DNA from: Pirellula staleyi DSM 6068
GTDB lineage: Bacteria; Planctomycetota; Planctomycetia; Pirellulales; Pirellulaceae
Direction of reading: 5' to 3'
Length of the DNA: 32,000 nt
Assembly: GCA_000025185.1 (NCBI GenBank)
Contig: CP001848.1
Location: forward strand, 6,164,200-6,196,199
How positions within the stretch are numbered: position 1 is the first letter of the stretch; every line of letters begins with the position of its first letter. Below the pieces are notes generated by a model. That model saw nothing but the letters and a program-made list of their open reading frames with translations, ran no database searches and was not told where the DNA came from. Of this stretch, positions 7,904 through 16,293 are shown piece by piece. Position numbers and translations under genes: made by a program.

Positions 7904-8947
7904 ATGCTTCAAAGATCTGCTTCCGATGGCATGCCTCAATCGGAAGTTGCTCCGCGCAATTGGTTCTTCCCGATCACCGGCGTAGCGGTCCGCGCGATGG
8001 GTGCCTACGTCCCGCCCCGCATCGTCCCCAACGAAGAACTTTCGAGCCTCGGCTGCGATGCCGACTGGATCGTGCAGCGGACCGGCATTCACGAGCGTCG
8101 TCGCGCCGATGATGCCGTGGCTACGAGCGACCTGGGAGCGATGGCGGCTCGCGTTTGCCTCGATCGCGCGGGGATCTCGGCCCGCGATCTCGATTTGATC
8201 GTCCTCGCCACCATGACCCCCGACAGCCCGAGCCCGTCGACCGCCTGTCATGTGCAGCGACTCCTCGGCTCGAGCGCCGCATCGATGGATGTGAGCGCTG
8301 CTTGCGCGGGATTCATGTTCGCGCTCGTCACTGGCATGCAGTTTGTCAAAACGGGCGCTTCGCAGAATGTGCTCGTCGTCGGCAGCGATCTGATGACCCG
8401 CACCGTGCACCCCAAAGATGTCAAAACCTTTCCCCTGTTCGGCGACGGAGCCGCTGCTGTCCTCCTGGGACCTGCCAGCGAATCGCAAGGCTTCTTGTCG
8501 GTCACCCTGGGATCGCAAGGTGAAGGGGCTCCGCTGCTGCAAATCCCCGCTGGCGGCAGCCGCGAACCACTCACCGCTCAAGCGATTGAAGAAGGGCGTC
8601 AATATCTCGCGATGGATGGCCGCGCGGTCTTCAAGTGGGCAGTCCGTCAGGTTGCCGATAGTTGTCGCGAAGCAGCCGCTCGCGCCGGGGTCACCCTCGC
8701 CGACATCGATCACTTGGTGCTCCATCAAGCCAATCTGCGCATCATGGATGCCGTCGCTCGCGAACTGGGGATCCCGATGAGCAAAGTGGCGGTCAACGTC
8801 GACCGCTATGGCAACACCAGCGCCGCGAGCATTCCGCTGGCCCTCGAAGAACTCGCCCAAAGTGGCAAACTCCAGCCTGGTCATCGCGTGCTGATGTCGG
8901 GCTTCGGCGCGGGACTCGCGTGGGGCACCGGTCTGTTCGTGTGGTAG
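7904..8947 (+). CDS. fabH: Beta-ketoacyl-ACP synthase III (FabH-type)
   Basis: Catalytic triad context: SAACAGF (Cys), HQAN (His) and YGNTSAASIP (Asn), ending GFGAGLAWG. The start is uncertain: ATG 7904 or ATG 7931. The ORF's TTG at 7844 is unlikely. Confidence 0.9.
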   Translation: MLQRSASDGMPQSEVAPRNWFFPITGVAVRAMGAYVPPRIVPNEELSSLGCDADWIVQRTGIHERRRADDAVATSDLGAMAARVCLDRAGISARDLDLIVLATMTPDSPSPSTACHVQRLLGSSAASMDVSAACAGFMFALVTGMQFVKTGASQNVLVVGSDLMTRTVHPKDVKTFPLFGDGAAAVLLGPASESQGFLSVTLGSQGEGAPLLQIPAGGSREPLTAQAIEEGRQYLAMDGRAVFKWAVRQVADSCREAAARAGVTLADIDHLVLHQANLRIMDAVARELGIPMSKVAVNVDRYGNTSAASIPLALEELAQSGKLQPGHRVLMSGFGAGLAWGTGLFVW

Positions 8948-9053
8948 ATCCCACAAGATTCACGCCGATTCGAGCGCAGCAGTCTCGCTCCTGCACTACT
9001 GCGACCACTATCCCTGCACACTTCACTCCGTTCTCACTCTTTCGAAGTTAACC

Positions 9054-10856
9054 ATGAACAAGATTGTCCGCCTTCCCAAACGTAGTGATGTCAAAACGGC
9101 TGATACCTGGGACCTTTCGAGCCTCTCGGCCAACGACGAAACGTGGGAAATCGAGTTCAAGAAGATGGAGAAGATGATCTCCGGCTTTGCCAAGTTCAAA
9201 GGGAAGCTGGGAGATAGTGTGAAGCAACTGGTCGCTTGCCTGAAGTTCGATGAAGAGTTCGACCGGGTCGCCGAAAAGGTGGCTGGTTATGCTTTCCTGA
9301 AGACCACTGAAGATCAGGCCGACGCTCGCTATCAGCGGATGATTGGTCGCTATCAAAGCGTCGCCACGAAGGCCTCGGAAGCGGCGAGCTACATTCGCCC
9401 GGAAGTGATGGCCCTCTCGGAAGAGACGATCAAAAAGTATCTCGCGGCCAAAGAGATGCAGCCGTTCAAGCTCGTGCTCGAGCGCATCTTGCGCTACAAG
9501 CCCCACACGCTCAACGCGCGCGAGGAACAGATCCTCGCCATGCAAGGCGAGATGGCGCAGGTAGCCAGCAAAACGTTTCGTCAGCTGCTCGATGCCGACC
9601 TGAAGTTCGGAGTCGTGAAAAACGAAAAGGGAGAGCAGATCGAGCTCTCCAACAGCACCTTCTCGCGTCTGCTTGTCTCTCCCGAGCGATCAGTTCGCAA
9701 GAACGCTTTTCACACCTACTACAAGCAGTTCACCGCGCACGAGAACACGCTCGCTTCGACCCTCAGTGGTTCGATTCAGAAGGATGTTTATTACGCCCGC
9801 GTCCGGGGCTACAAGAGCTCGCTCGAAGCGGCCCTTTATCCCGATAACGTGCCAACCAGCGTCTACGACAACCTGATCGCCGCCGTCCACAAAAACTTGC
9901 CTGCAGTTCACGAGTACTACGACGTACGCCGCCGCAAAATGAAGCTGCGCGACATCCATCAGTACGACACCTACGTGCCGATTCTCAGCAATCTCGAAGT
10001 TAAACGGACCTGGAAGCAAGCGGTCAAACTCGTGATCGAATCGCTCGCGCCGCTGGGCGAGCAGTACTGCAGCGTCCTCGAAGCAGGACTCAATGGCCGC
10101 TGGTGCGATCGCTATCCCAATCAAGGGAAACAAAGCGGCGCGTTCTCGAGCGGCAGCTACGAGGGAATCCCCTACATCCTGATGAACTACAACCCCGATG
10201 TGTTCAACGATGTCTTCACGCTCACGCATGAAGCAGGACACTCGATGCACACGTGGCATTCGGCCAAGAAACAGCCATACACTTATTACAGCTACGTGAT
10301 TTTCGTCGCGGAAGTCGCCAGCACGTTCAACGAAATGCTGCTGAGCCACCACCTGATGCAAGGTGCCAAGACCGACGAAGAGCGGGCCTATCTCGTCAAC
10401 CGCGAGCTCGACGATATTCGTGGCACCCTGATTCGCCAAACGATGTTCGCCGAGTTCGAGAAGATCACCCACGGCATGGCCGAAGCGGGCGAGCCTCTCA
10501 CCGTCGAGGCGCTCAAGAGCACCTATCGCAAACTGCTCGAGCAATATTTTGGACCCGAGTTTGCCCTCGACGACGAGTTGTCGCTCGAATGCCTCCGCAT
10601 TCCGCACTTCTATCGCTCGTTCTATGTCTACAAGTATGCCACCGGCATCAGCGCCGCGATCGCCTTGAGCCAGCGCGTGCTCAAGGGCGGCAAGAAGGAA
10701 CTGGCCGACTACATCACGTTCCTCAGTGGCGGATGTTCAAAAGATCCACTCGATCTTTTGCGCGACGCGGGCGTCGACATGGAAAAACCTGAGCCGGTCG
10801 ACACCGCCCTCGCCCACTTCAGCAAGCTGGTGAAAGAACTCGACGAGTTGCTTTAG
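9054..10856 (+). CDS. pepF: Oligoendopeptidase F (M3B metallopeptidase)
   Basis: HEAGHSMH zinc motif (HExxH) in the expected position of a ~600-aa protein with PepF-like overall layout. Confidence 0.9.
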   Translation: MNKIVRLPKRSDVKTADTWDLSSLSANDETWEIEFKKMEKMISGFAKFKGKLGDSVKQLVACLKFDEEFDRVAEKVAGYAFLKTTEDQADARYQRMIGRYQSVATKASEAASYIRPEVMALSEETIKKYLAAKEMQPFKLVLERILRYKPHTLNAREEQILAMQGEMAQVASKTFRQLLDADLKFGVVKNEKGEQIELSNSTFSRLLVSPERSVRKNAFHTYYKQFTAHENTLASTLSGSIQKDVYYARVRGYKSSLEAALYPDNVPTSVYDNLIAAVHKNLPAVHEYYDVRRRKMKLRDIHQYDTYVPILSNLEVKRTWKQAVKLVIESLAPLGEQYCSVLEAGLNGRWCDRYPNQGKQSGAFSSGSYEGIPYILMNYNPDVFNDVFTLTHEAGHSMHTWHSAKKQPYTYYSYVIFVAEVASTFNEMLLSHHLMQGAKTDEERAYLVNRELDDIRGTLIRQTMFAEFEKITHGMAEAGEPLTVEALKSTYRKLLEQYFGPEFALDDELSLECLRIPHFYRSFYVYKYATGISAAIALSQRVLKGGKKELADYITFLSGGCSKDPLDLLRDAGVDMEKPEPVDTALAHFSKLVKELDELL

Positions 10857-10932
10857 GATGGGGCTAGGAATTAGAGGCTAGTTTTTGTGTGGCAGGCTCC
10901 CGACTGCCGCACGGCGAGCGTACGCCTCTGCA

Positions 10933-11640
10933 CTACCCTCGTTGGCGGACCGTTTTACGGCGGGGGGCTAGTTCATACTGCCGCGAGTTGCCGATTTTTT
11001 CGAGCTCGCGGATGGTGCCGATCCGCCGGAGCGTATAACAAATCTTCTGGGCGATGTGCCGCTTAATGCTTGCCGCCTGCGCCAGTTCGAGACTCCCAAA
11101 CTGCTTCGGCATGCTGCCAGGGAGCAGCTGAGCCAGGCACATCGCGGTCCGATACTCGGCCGTCGCATGCACTTCCAAAAGCTGCTGATCTTCGACCTGA
11201 AAATCCTTTTTGCTCCACCGCCGACGACGTCCATGCCCTTCAAAGCGGCGCTCTTCGATATCGACGAGAACCGTTTCGAGCACCAGATTTTTGTGCGGGA
11301 AAACGCGGGTGAAATAGACCAGGTCTTCAAACAACTCAAGCGCCGAGGCTTGTTTGGGGCTCAGTCGGCGGCTGATCTCAGTGCCCCCCGGCGCATCGAG
11401 CCGCACCAGCACTTTGCGGCGAACGATCGGCTTTACCACGCGCACGATATGCTTTTCGCATAGCTTGGCAATTTTATCGCGAATCGCCGAGAGCGAGCCA
11501 TGCTGCACTTCCACCAGTTCCAGCTTGCCCCGCGAGAGTGGCCGCACCGCATCGATCCGAAAGCCATCCACACGCTCTTCCGTGCGCGGCGGATCACCGG
11601 CGTAAAGCATTTTCAGCTGTTTATGGAGACTCGTTTCCAT
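10933..11640 (-). CDS. Uncharacterised protein, PD-(D/E)xK-nuclease-like N-terminus plus winged-helix-like C-terminus
   Basis: The N-terminus has E2 in ETSLHKQLK, D30 in FRIDAV and E44-x-Q46 in LVEVQHGS, the order and spacing of a restriction-endonuclease-like core. A basic patch GHGRRRRWSKK follows. The C-terminal LELAQAASIKRHIAQKICYTLRRIG looks HTH-like. Family assignment is inference. Confidence 0.6.
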   Translation of the reverse strand: METSLHKQLKMLYAGDPPRTEERVDGFRIDAVRPLSRGKLELVEVQHGSLSAIRDKIAKLCEKHIVRVVKPIVRRKVLVRLDAPGGTEISRRLSPKQASALELFEDLVYFTRVFPHKNLVLETVLVDIEERRFEGHGRRRRWSKKDFQVEDQQLLEVHATAEYRTAMCLAQLLPGSMPKQFGSLELAQAASIKRHIAQKICYTLRRIGTIRELEKIGNSRQYELAPRRKTVRQRG

Positions 11641-11897
11641 CGCGCTCGCTCAAGGTGCATCCGTGCCCGGCCCTGAAATTCCAGGCCGCGAGCTTAGCTG
11701 CTAACAACCCCTGCCAGCAATGGCAGTTCGCTAGCCGCGAGCGTTTTGCCTAGCCCGCGCGCGAGAGCAAGTTTCACTTTTTGTAGCGGCAGTTTCGTCA
11801 ATTTTCGCTAAAATTAACGGGCGTCACGCTCGCTGCTCGCCCGCGTGCGACAAGCCCTAGAACCAGCCTTCTCCTCTCTCTGGCATAGGACCGATCG

Positions 11898-12797
11898 ATG
11901 TGCATGTTCTCTCTGCCCGTCTCACAAGTCGCCAATACACGCATTTTCGCGCGGCTGACTGGCCAAGGGACACAGCTGCTCGCCTATCAAATGGAGTACA
12001 TGTCGCGGACAGAGAACGCGATGATTCTGCCTCTGCCGGTGCGGCAACCTGCTGAAGAGGGCTCCCTTCGATTCATCGACTTCGAGAAGTATGACAATTT
12101 CTTCGACGACTTGATCACTGGGTTCCCTTACATCCAACGCATCGGGATCGGCTGTTCAGATGCCGCCCCCCTTACGTCAGAGAGTCTGGATGTGGTGAAA
12201 GTCGGAAACTACATCGCGTCGTTCGTCCCTACGCTCGCCGATTTTTCACGTCTCGACGAGCGTTTTCGACTGAGCCCGGAGACCTGGGATAAATTGCCGC
12301 AGTACCAGGATTTTAGCTTCGCCGTGTTTAAGCTAGCCGATGGCACGCTGCGACCACATCCCATGGCGATGGAATTCCAGACAGCGAGCGATGCGATCTT
12401 TTTCCCTACGGTGCACGTGCATGACGGAGAGACGCATCCGACCGAACGGTTCGACCATATGCTCTATTTGCAGCACGCCGGACTGGATAGCGTTGTCGAT
12501 GCTTACCGGGGCGATGCTCATGTCGATCCAACCACAGGACTGGTGCGATCCCAAGAGAACGCATCGCAATTTTGCCGTATCGATCAAACCGCAGGTCTGG
12601 TGGATGGAAACTTGCTGGTTCACCGCCGCGACCTACGCGGCAAGCATCCCAATCAAGACACCATCATCGCCGTCGTGGGGCATCCCACGCAAAAAACGTT
12701 TAACTTCAAAAGCCTGTGGTCGTATGTTCCGTGGGTGATTTTTCTATCTGCTATGGGATGGCTGTTTGCACGAAGATCAAAGCTTAAAGCAGCGTGA
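11898..12797 (+). CDS. Hypothetical protein, Met-Cys N-terminus, C-terminal transmembrane anchor
   Basis: A 299-aa ORF with coding-like composition. I recognise no named family. Conserved-looking blocks are NAMILPLP, FVPTLADFSRLDERFRL and FFPTVHVHDGETHP. The terminal hydrophobic helix LWSYVPWVIFLSAMGWLFA is followed by RRSKLK. Confidence 0.7.
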   Translation: MCMFSLPVSQVANTRIFARLTGQGTQLLAYQMEYMSRTENAMILPLPVRQPAEEGSLRFIDFEKYDNFFDDLITGFPYIQRIGIGCSDAAPLTSESLDVVKVGNYIASFVPTLADFSRLDERFRLSPETWDKLPQYQDFSFAVFKLADGTLRPHPMAMEFQTASDAIFFPTVHVHDGETHPTERFDHMLYLQHAGLDSVVDAYRGDAHVDPTTGLVRSQENASQFCRIDQTAGLVDGNLLVHRRDLRGKHPNQDTIIAVVGHPTQKTFNFKSLWSYVPWVIFLSAMGWLFARRSKLKAA

Positions 12798-12911
12798 CCA
12801 GGAAGATCGTTTGTCACCCAAGCCCAACGACTAAACGATGAATAGGTTGTGTACGGCTCTCACTTCTAGTGCAGCTGTAGCGGTTCCCAATCTTTGCGCG
12901 TCAAGCGAGAT

Positions 12912-13949
12912 CTACTTCGTGGGCCTGAGCAAATAATGGGTGACGCCCCACTCGTTGCCACCGCGATAGCCAAAGAGTTCAGCGCACGAGAGATAGAAGA
13001 TGCGCCAGCGCTGCAGCACCACTTCGGCCGGATCGCCCGAAGGATGTCCCGCCAAGAGTGGCAAAAGCTGATGGTAGTGAGCGTCGAGATTTTTGAGCCA
13101 CGCCTCGCTGGTGAGTTGATAGTGGCGGCCACTCACTTCCCACTGTTTTTCGATCGTCAGATCGTCGGCAAAGTGGCTCAGCAAATCGCGCGACGGCATC
13201 TGTCCGCCGGTAAAGAAATGCTGCCCCATCCAGTTCGATTCACCCTCGGTTTCGAAGGTGTAGGCGAGCCTAGCGTGGGTGAAAATATGGACGAAAAGTT
13301 TTGCGTCGTCGTGCATCCAGCTGCGAATGCGCTCGAGCACGATCGCATAGTTCCGCATATGCTCGAGCATCTCGACCGAGACGACCCGGTCGAACTTCTC
13401 GGCGATCGAGAAGTCGCGCATGTCGGCGGTGATGATGCGGAGATTTGTTAGCCCACGCTCGCGAGCTTGCGCTTCGATGTACTCGCGCTGTGGACGCGAA
13501 TTCGAAACGGCAGTGATTTGCGACGTGGGAAAGTGCTCCGCCATCCAGAGCGAGAGCGAACCCCAACCACAGCCGAGTTCGAGAATCTTCATCCCATCGA
13601 CAATTTCAGCCCGCTCGCAGGTGAGACGGAGCATTGCTGCTTCGGCCTCGTCGAGCGAGGTGCTGGGGGTCTCGAACAAGCAACAGCTGTACTTGAGATG
13701 TTTGCCCAAACATCCGCGAAAGAACGGAGGCGGAACTTCGTAGTGCTGCTCGTTGGCTTTCTCGGTGGCGACGGCAATCTCTTGCTGGCGCAGCCAATCG
13801 GCGTACTCTGCTACGGTGATGTTCGGCTCACCATGTCGGCGACGGTTTTCGAGTTTCAGCCGATCGGCGACGAGGCGTCGAATACCAACGCGGATCAAAA
13901 AGTCGGGAAGATAGCCTCGTTCGGCCAGCCCAATCGGTGTCGTGAGCAT
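12912..13949 (-). CDS. cfa: Cyclopropane-fatty-acyl-phospholipid synthase-family SAM-dependent methyltransferase
   Basis: The ANEQHYEVPPPFF block, SAM motif I ILELGCGWGSL, FDRVVSVEMLEH and the C-terminal RIFYLSCAELF are typical of the CFA/mycolic acid synthase family. The start ATG shares one base with the upstream gene's stop (TGATG at 13947-13951). The 620-aa ORF extension upstream is out-of-frame overlap with the DUF1295 gene. Confidence 0.9.
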   Translation of the reverse strand: MLTTPIGLAERGYLPDFLIRVGIRRLVADRLKLENRRRHGEPNITVAEYADWLRQQEIAVATEKANEQHYEVPPPFFRGCLGKHLKYSCCLFETPSTSLDEAEAAMLRLTCERAEIVDGMKILELGCGWGSLSLWMAEHFPTSQITAVSNSRPQREYIEAQARERGLTNLRIITADMRDFSIAEKFDRVVSVEMLEHMRNYAIVLERIRSWMHDDAKLFVHIFTHARLAYTFETEGESNWMGQHFFTGGQMPSRDLLSHFADDLTIEKQWEVSGRHYQLTSEAWLKNLDAHYHQLLPLLAGHPSGDPAEVVLQRWRIFYLSCAELFGYRGGNEWGVTHYLLRPTK

Positions 13950-14749
13950 CAGTTGATCTCGCGCTGCGGAAACCAAGGGACAAACGAGCTCGTCGTGCGC
14001 TGGTAGGCCTTGTAGGCCTCGCCGCGGCTGGCAATCGCTTGTGCTTCGGTTGGTGGAATGCCAGTGACGTAAAGCAGGAAGTAGAGCAACAGCAGTGGCG
14101 TGATGGCGGCGAGCAGCCACCAAGGATTGCCGAGCGCGAGGAACAAATAACTCCACCAATGAAGCCACTCGAAGAAGTAGTTCGGATGCCGCGAGTAGCG
14201 CCACAGTCCGACCTGGCAAACAGCCCGGCGATCGGTGGTGGTTCGCTTGAAGCGAGCGAGCTGCGCATCGGAAAGGGCCACGCCGCCGACACCAAGCAGC
14301 CAAACGATGACGCCGATGATGTCGGTGAAGGACCCCAGCGGCCACTCGCTTTGTGCTGCTAGAAGGACTGGCCAAGCAAACAGAACAACGGTGGCAGCTT
14401 GGAGCTGAAAAAACCAAAAGAGACGGCGATTGACGTCGGCACCCCAGTCGCGTCGCAGCGTGGCGTAGCGTCCCTCTTCCGCATGCCCCACGACGCGGAG
14501 GAAGAGGTACGTGGTTAAGCGCAGCGACCAAAGCCCAATCAGCGCGGCGAGCAATAACTTCCGATTGCCGTCCCCCGTCGAAGTGAGGGCAAAGAAGGCT
14601 CCGACTACCCCAATGCCAGCACCCCAAGCGACATCGACAATCCCGGCGTTTTTCGTGCGCAGCTGAATGAGCCACATCGTGGTCATGAGCGCCACCGCTG
14701 CTGCCGATCCGATTGCGATTTGCACTGGCCAGGAGAGTTCCACGCCCAT
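13949..14749 (-). CDS. DUF1295-family membrane protein (steroid 5-alpha-reductase/ICMT-like fold)
   Basis: A polytopic hydrophobic protein with the GLWRYSRHPNYFFEW signature. It is translationally coupled to the downstream CFA-synthase gene. Confidence 0.85.
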   Translation of the reverse strand: MGVELSWPVQIAIGSAAAVALMTTMWLIQLRTKNAGIVDVAWGAGIGVVGAFFALTSTGDGNRKLLLAALIGLWSLRLTTYLFLRVVGHAEEGRYATLRRDWGADVNRRLFWFFQLQAATVVLFAWPVLLAAQSEWPLGSFTDIIGVIVWLLGVGGVALSDAQLARFKRTTTDRRAVCQVGLWRYSRHPNYFFEWLHWWSYLFLALGNPWWLLAAITPLLLLYFLLYVTGIPPTEAQAIASRGEAYKAYQRTTSSFVPWFPQREIN

Positions 14750-15002
14750 TACCTATTTCATGTTCACACCCCATGGGGGCGAGAATATCAGGTCGATCTC
14801 GGGCGGAGTTAGCCGTGCCCTATCGCTAGGCTCATCAGGCTCGCCAATGTCGAGCGATGTCCCAGCGATGCTGCTTGCACTGCGAGCATTCCTCCGCAGC
14901 TACGTTCTAGGGGGATGAACGAAAAAGGCAAGCCTTGCTCCTCGGGCAATTTCCGAACTTTACGATTCGATCAGTGCGAGCCTGACGTTCTTCGAGAATG
15001 CT

Positions 15003-16094
15003 TTAGCTGGCAGCAGCGGCTGCCGAGCGAGGAAATGTCGCGGGAACCTCCATCATCTCGCACGCTTTACGAAAGACCATGTCGATGGTGATCCCCCGCA
15101 TGCACATCCCGTGGCTGAGGGGGCATTTCGGCTGTCCGCAGGGAGAACATGGCATTGCCAGCTGAATGACGCGGCTGTCGTCGTGATAGTTAAAACTCGT
15201 CCGGGCATCGATAGGCCCTAGAAGCCCCAGCGTGGGTGTTCCCATCGCTGCCCCAAGGTGACGCGGTCCGCTGTCGGTGCTAATCAGCAGCCGCGAGCGG
15301 CGGATCACACTCTTGCTCAGCCCAAACGGCAGATTGGGCTCGTCGGCCAGACTTCGTACCAAGGGATGACTCGCCTCTTCTTCGATTCTCTTCGCCTCGG
15401 CACGTTCCGACGGTCCGCAATGGATCAGAACCCCCATCCTCAGTTCACGAGCAATGCGGCGGGCCAGTCCGACCGTATGTTCGGCCGGCCATTCTTTGCT
15501 CGGGCCAAACGCTCCAAAGGTATTCAAGACCACTGTTTGTTTCGGCGGTGGAAGTTCCAGGCGTCGCCAAACATCGTCGGCCAACTGCTCGTCGTCGGCA
15601 GTCGTCGCCAGTTCGAGCTGTTTATTGTTGCTGTAGCAGTTCAAAGCGCCGGCGAGTTGCAGGTACTGATCGACGCACGAAGTGATCTGTTTTTTCCCGT
15701 GGAGTCGAGGCATTTCGAGCGATTGGTCGAGCAGCCAGGTGTGCGGAAAACGGGCATAAGCAATGACACGCTTCACGTTGCAAAACCGGGCCACAATGGC
15801 GGCTCGAAACGTGGGACGCAGCAAGAGCATGGCGTCGAGTTGCAGCGGGCGGAGCGTTTTGGCCAGGGCGAGCGAATTGCTGAGAAAGTTCTTTTTGTGT
15901 TCGTAGGGAATCATCCGCGAGAGCCAACGGGTCCCCTCGAGCACCCCTCGGAGATGAGGCTTCAGAATGCCGATCAGTTCGGCCTCGGGACCAAGGCCAT
16001 GGCGCAAGGCACGCAGCATCGGAGTGGCCATCGCCACATCTCCGACCCAGTTGGGAAGCATGATTGCAACACGCATTGGCCGACGTCCTTCCAT
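15003..16094 (-). CDS. Glycosyltransferase family 9 (ADP-heptose:LPS heptosyltransferase-like)
   Basis: N-terminal MRVAIMLPNWVGDVAMATPMLRAL, TDSGPRHLGAAMGTP, and the C-terminal Cys cluster PCSPCGQPKCPLSHGMCM are typical of GT9. The start is ATG 16094 or ATG 16076. Confidence 0.88.
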   Translation of the reverse strand: MEGRRPMRVAIMLPNWVGDVAMATPMLRALRHGLGPEAELIGILKPHLRGVLEGTRWLSRMIPYEHKKNFLSNSLALAKTLRPLQLDAMLLLRPTFRAAIVARFCNVKRVIAYARFPHTWLLDQSLEMPRLHGKKQITSCVDQYLQLAGALNCYSNNKQLELATTADDEQLADDVWRRLELPPPKQTVVLNTFGAFGPSKEWPAEHTVGLARRIARELRMGVLIHCGPSERAEAKRIEEEASHPLVRSLADEPNLPFGLSKSVIRRSRLLISTDSGPRHLGAAMGTPTLGLLGPIDARTSFNYHDDSRVIQLAMPCSPCGQPKCPLSHGMCMRGITIDMVFRKACEMMEVPATFPRSAAAAAS

Positions 16095-16233
16095 GGAATC
16101 CCGCCCCTTTCCAAGAACGTGGGAATAATAAGTCAGGGGGGACGAGTGGACCAACGTCAATTCGTGGGAGTTTTCCCGTGCCAGCGACGTAAAGCAAAGC
16201 AATGCCAGCACTTCTAGTCACCACTTCTTTTAA

Positions 16234-16262
16234 TTGACAAAACCACCCTAAAATACTACTAT
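16234..16262 (+). promoter_or_regulatory. Sigma-70-type promoter candidate for the OB/HD gene
   Basis: TTGACA (16234-16239), a 17-nt spacer, then TACTAT (16257-16262). It is followed by the SD-like GAGGAGG (16281-16287) and ATG 16294. Confidence 0.45.
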
Positions 16263-16293
16263 TGCCGCCACCAAATCGTCGAGGAGGTGGCTG

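Noticed and set aside
9768-9777. tRNA T-arm-like GGTTCGATTC string. More generally, I searched intergenic regions for tRNA, tmRNA, RNase P and SRP RNA signatures.
   Set aside because: The string lies inside the pepF coding frame with no acceptor or anticodon stems around it. No conserved ncRNA signature (for example GAGGAAAGTCC, or a GGTTCGAATCC 3' end with CCA) was seen in any spacer.
10891-10908. Hairpin GGCAG-N8-CTGCC between the convergent pepF and nuclease-like genes, considered as a bidirectional terminator.
   Set aside because: It has only a 5-bp stem and no downstream U-run on either strand.
11721-11735. Sigma-54 promoter-like string TGGCAG-TTCGC-TAGC upstream of the unknown gene at 11898. 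It was tempting because an EBP is encoded in the window.
   Set aside because: GG and GC are correctly spaced, but there are two mismatches to TGGCAC-N5-TTGC, including one in the -12 TTGC element. It also overlaps a simple 6-bp inverted repeat (CTGCCA/TGGCAG), and such matches occur by chance. It would need a PWM score and TSS mapping.
13950-14774. N-terminal ~275 codons of the 620-aa ORF 12912-14774(-).
   Set aside because: This part overlaps the DUF1295 gene in another frame and translates to Arg/Cys-rich nonsense. The methyltransferase homology begins exactly at ATG 13949, which is coupled to the DUF1295 stop.
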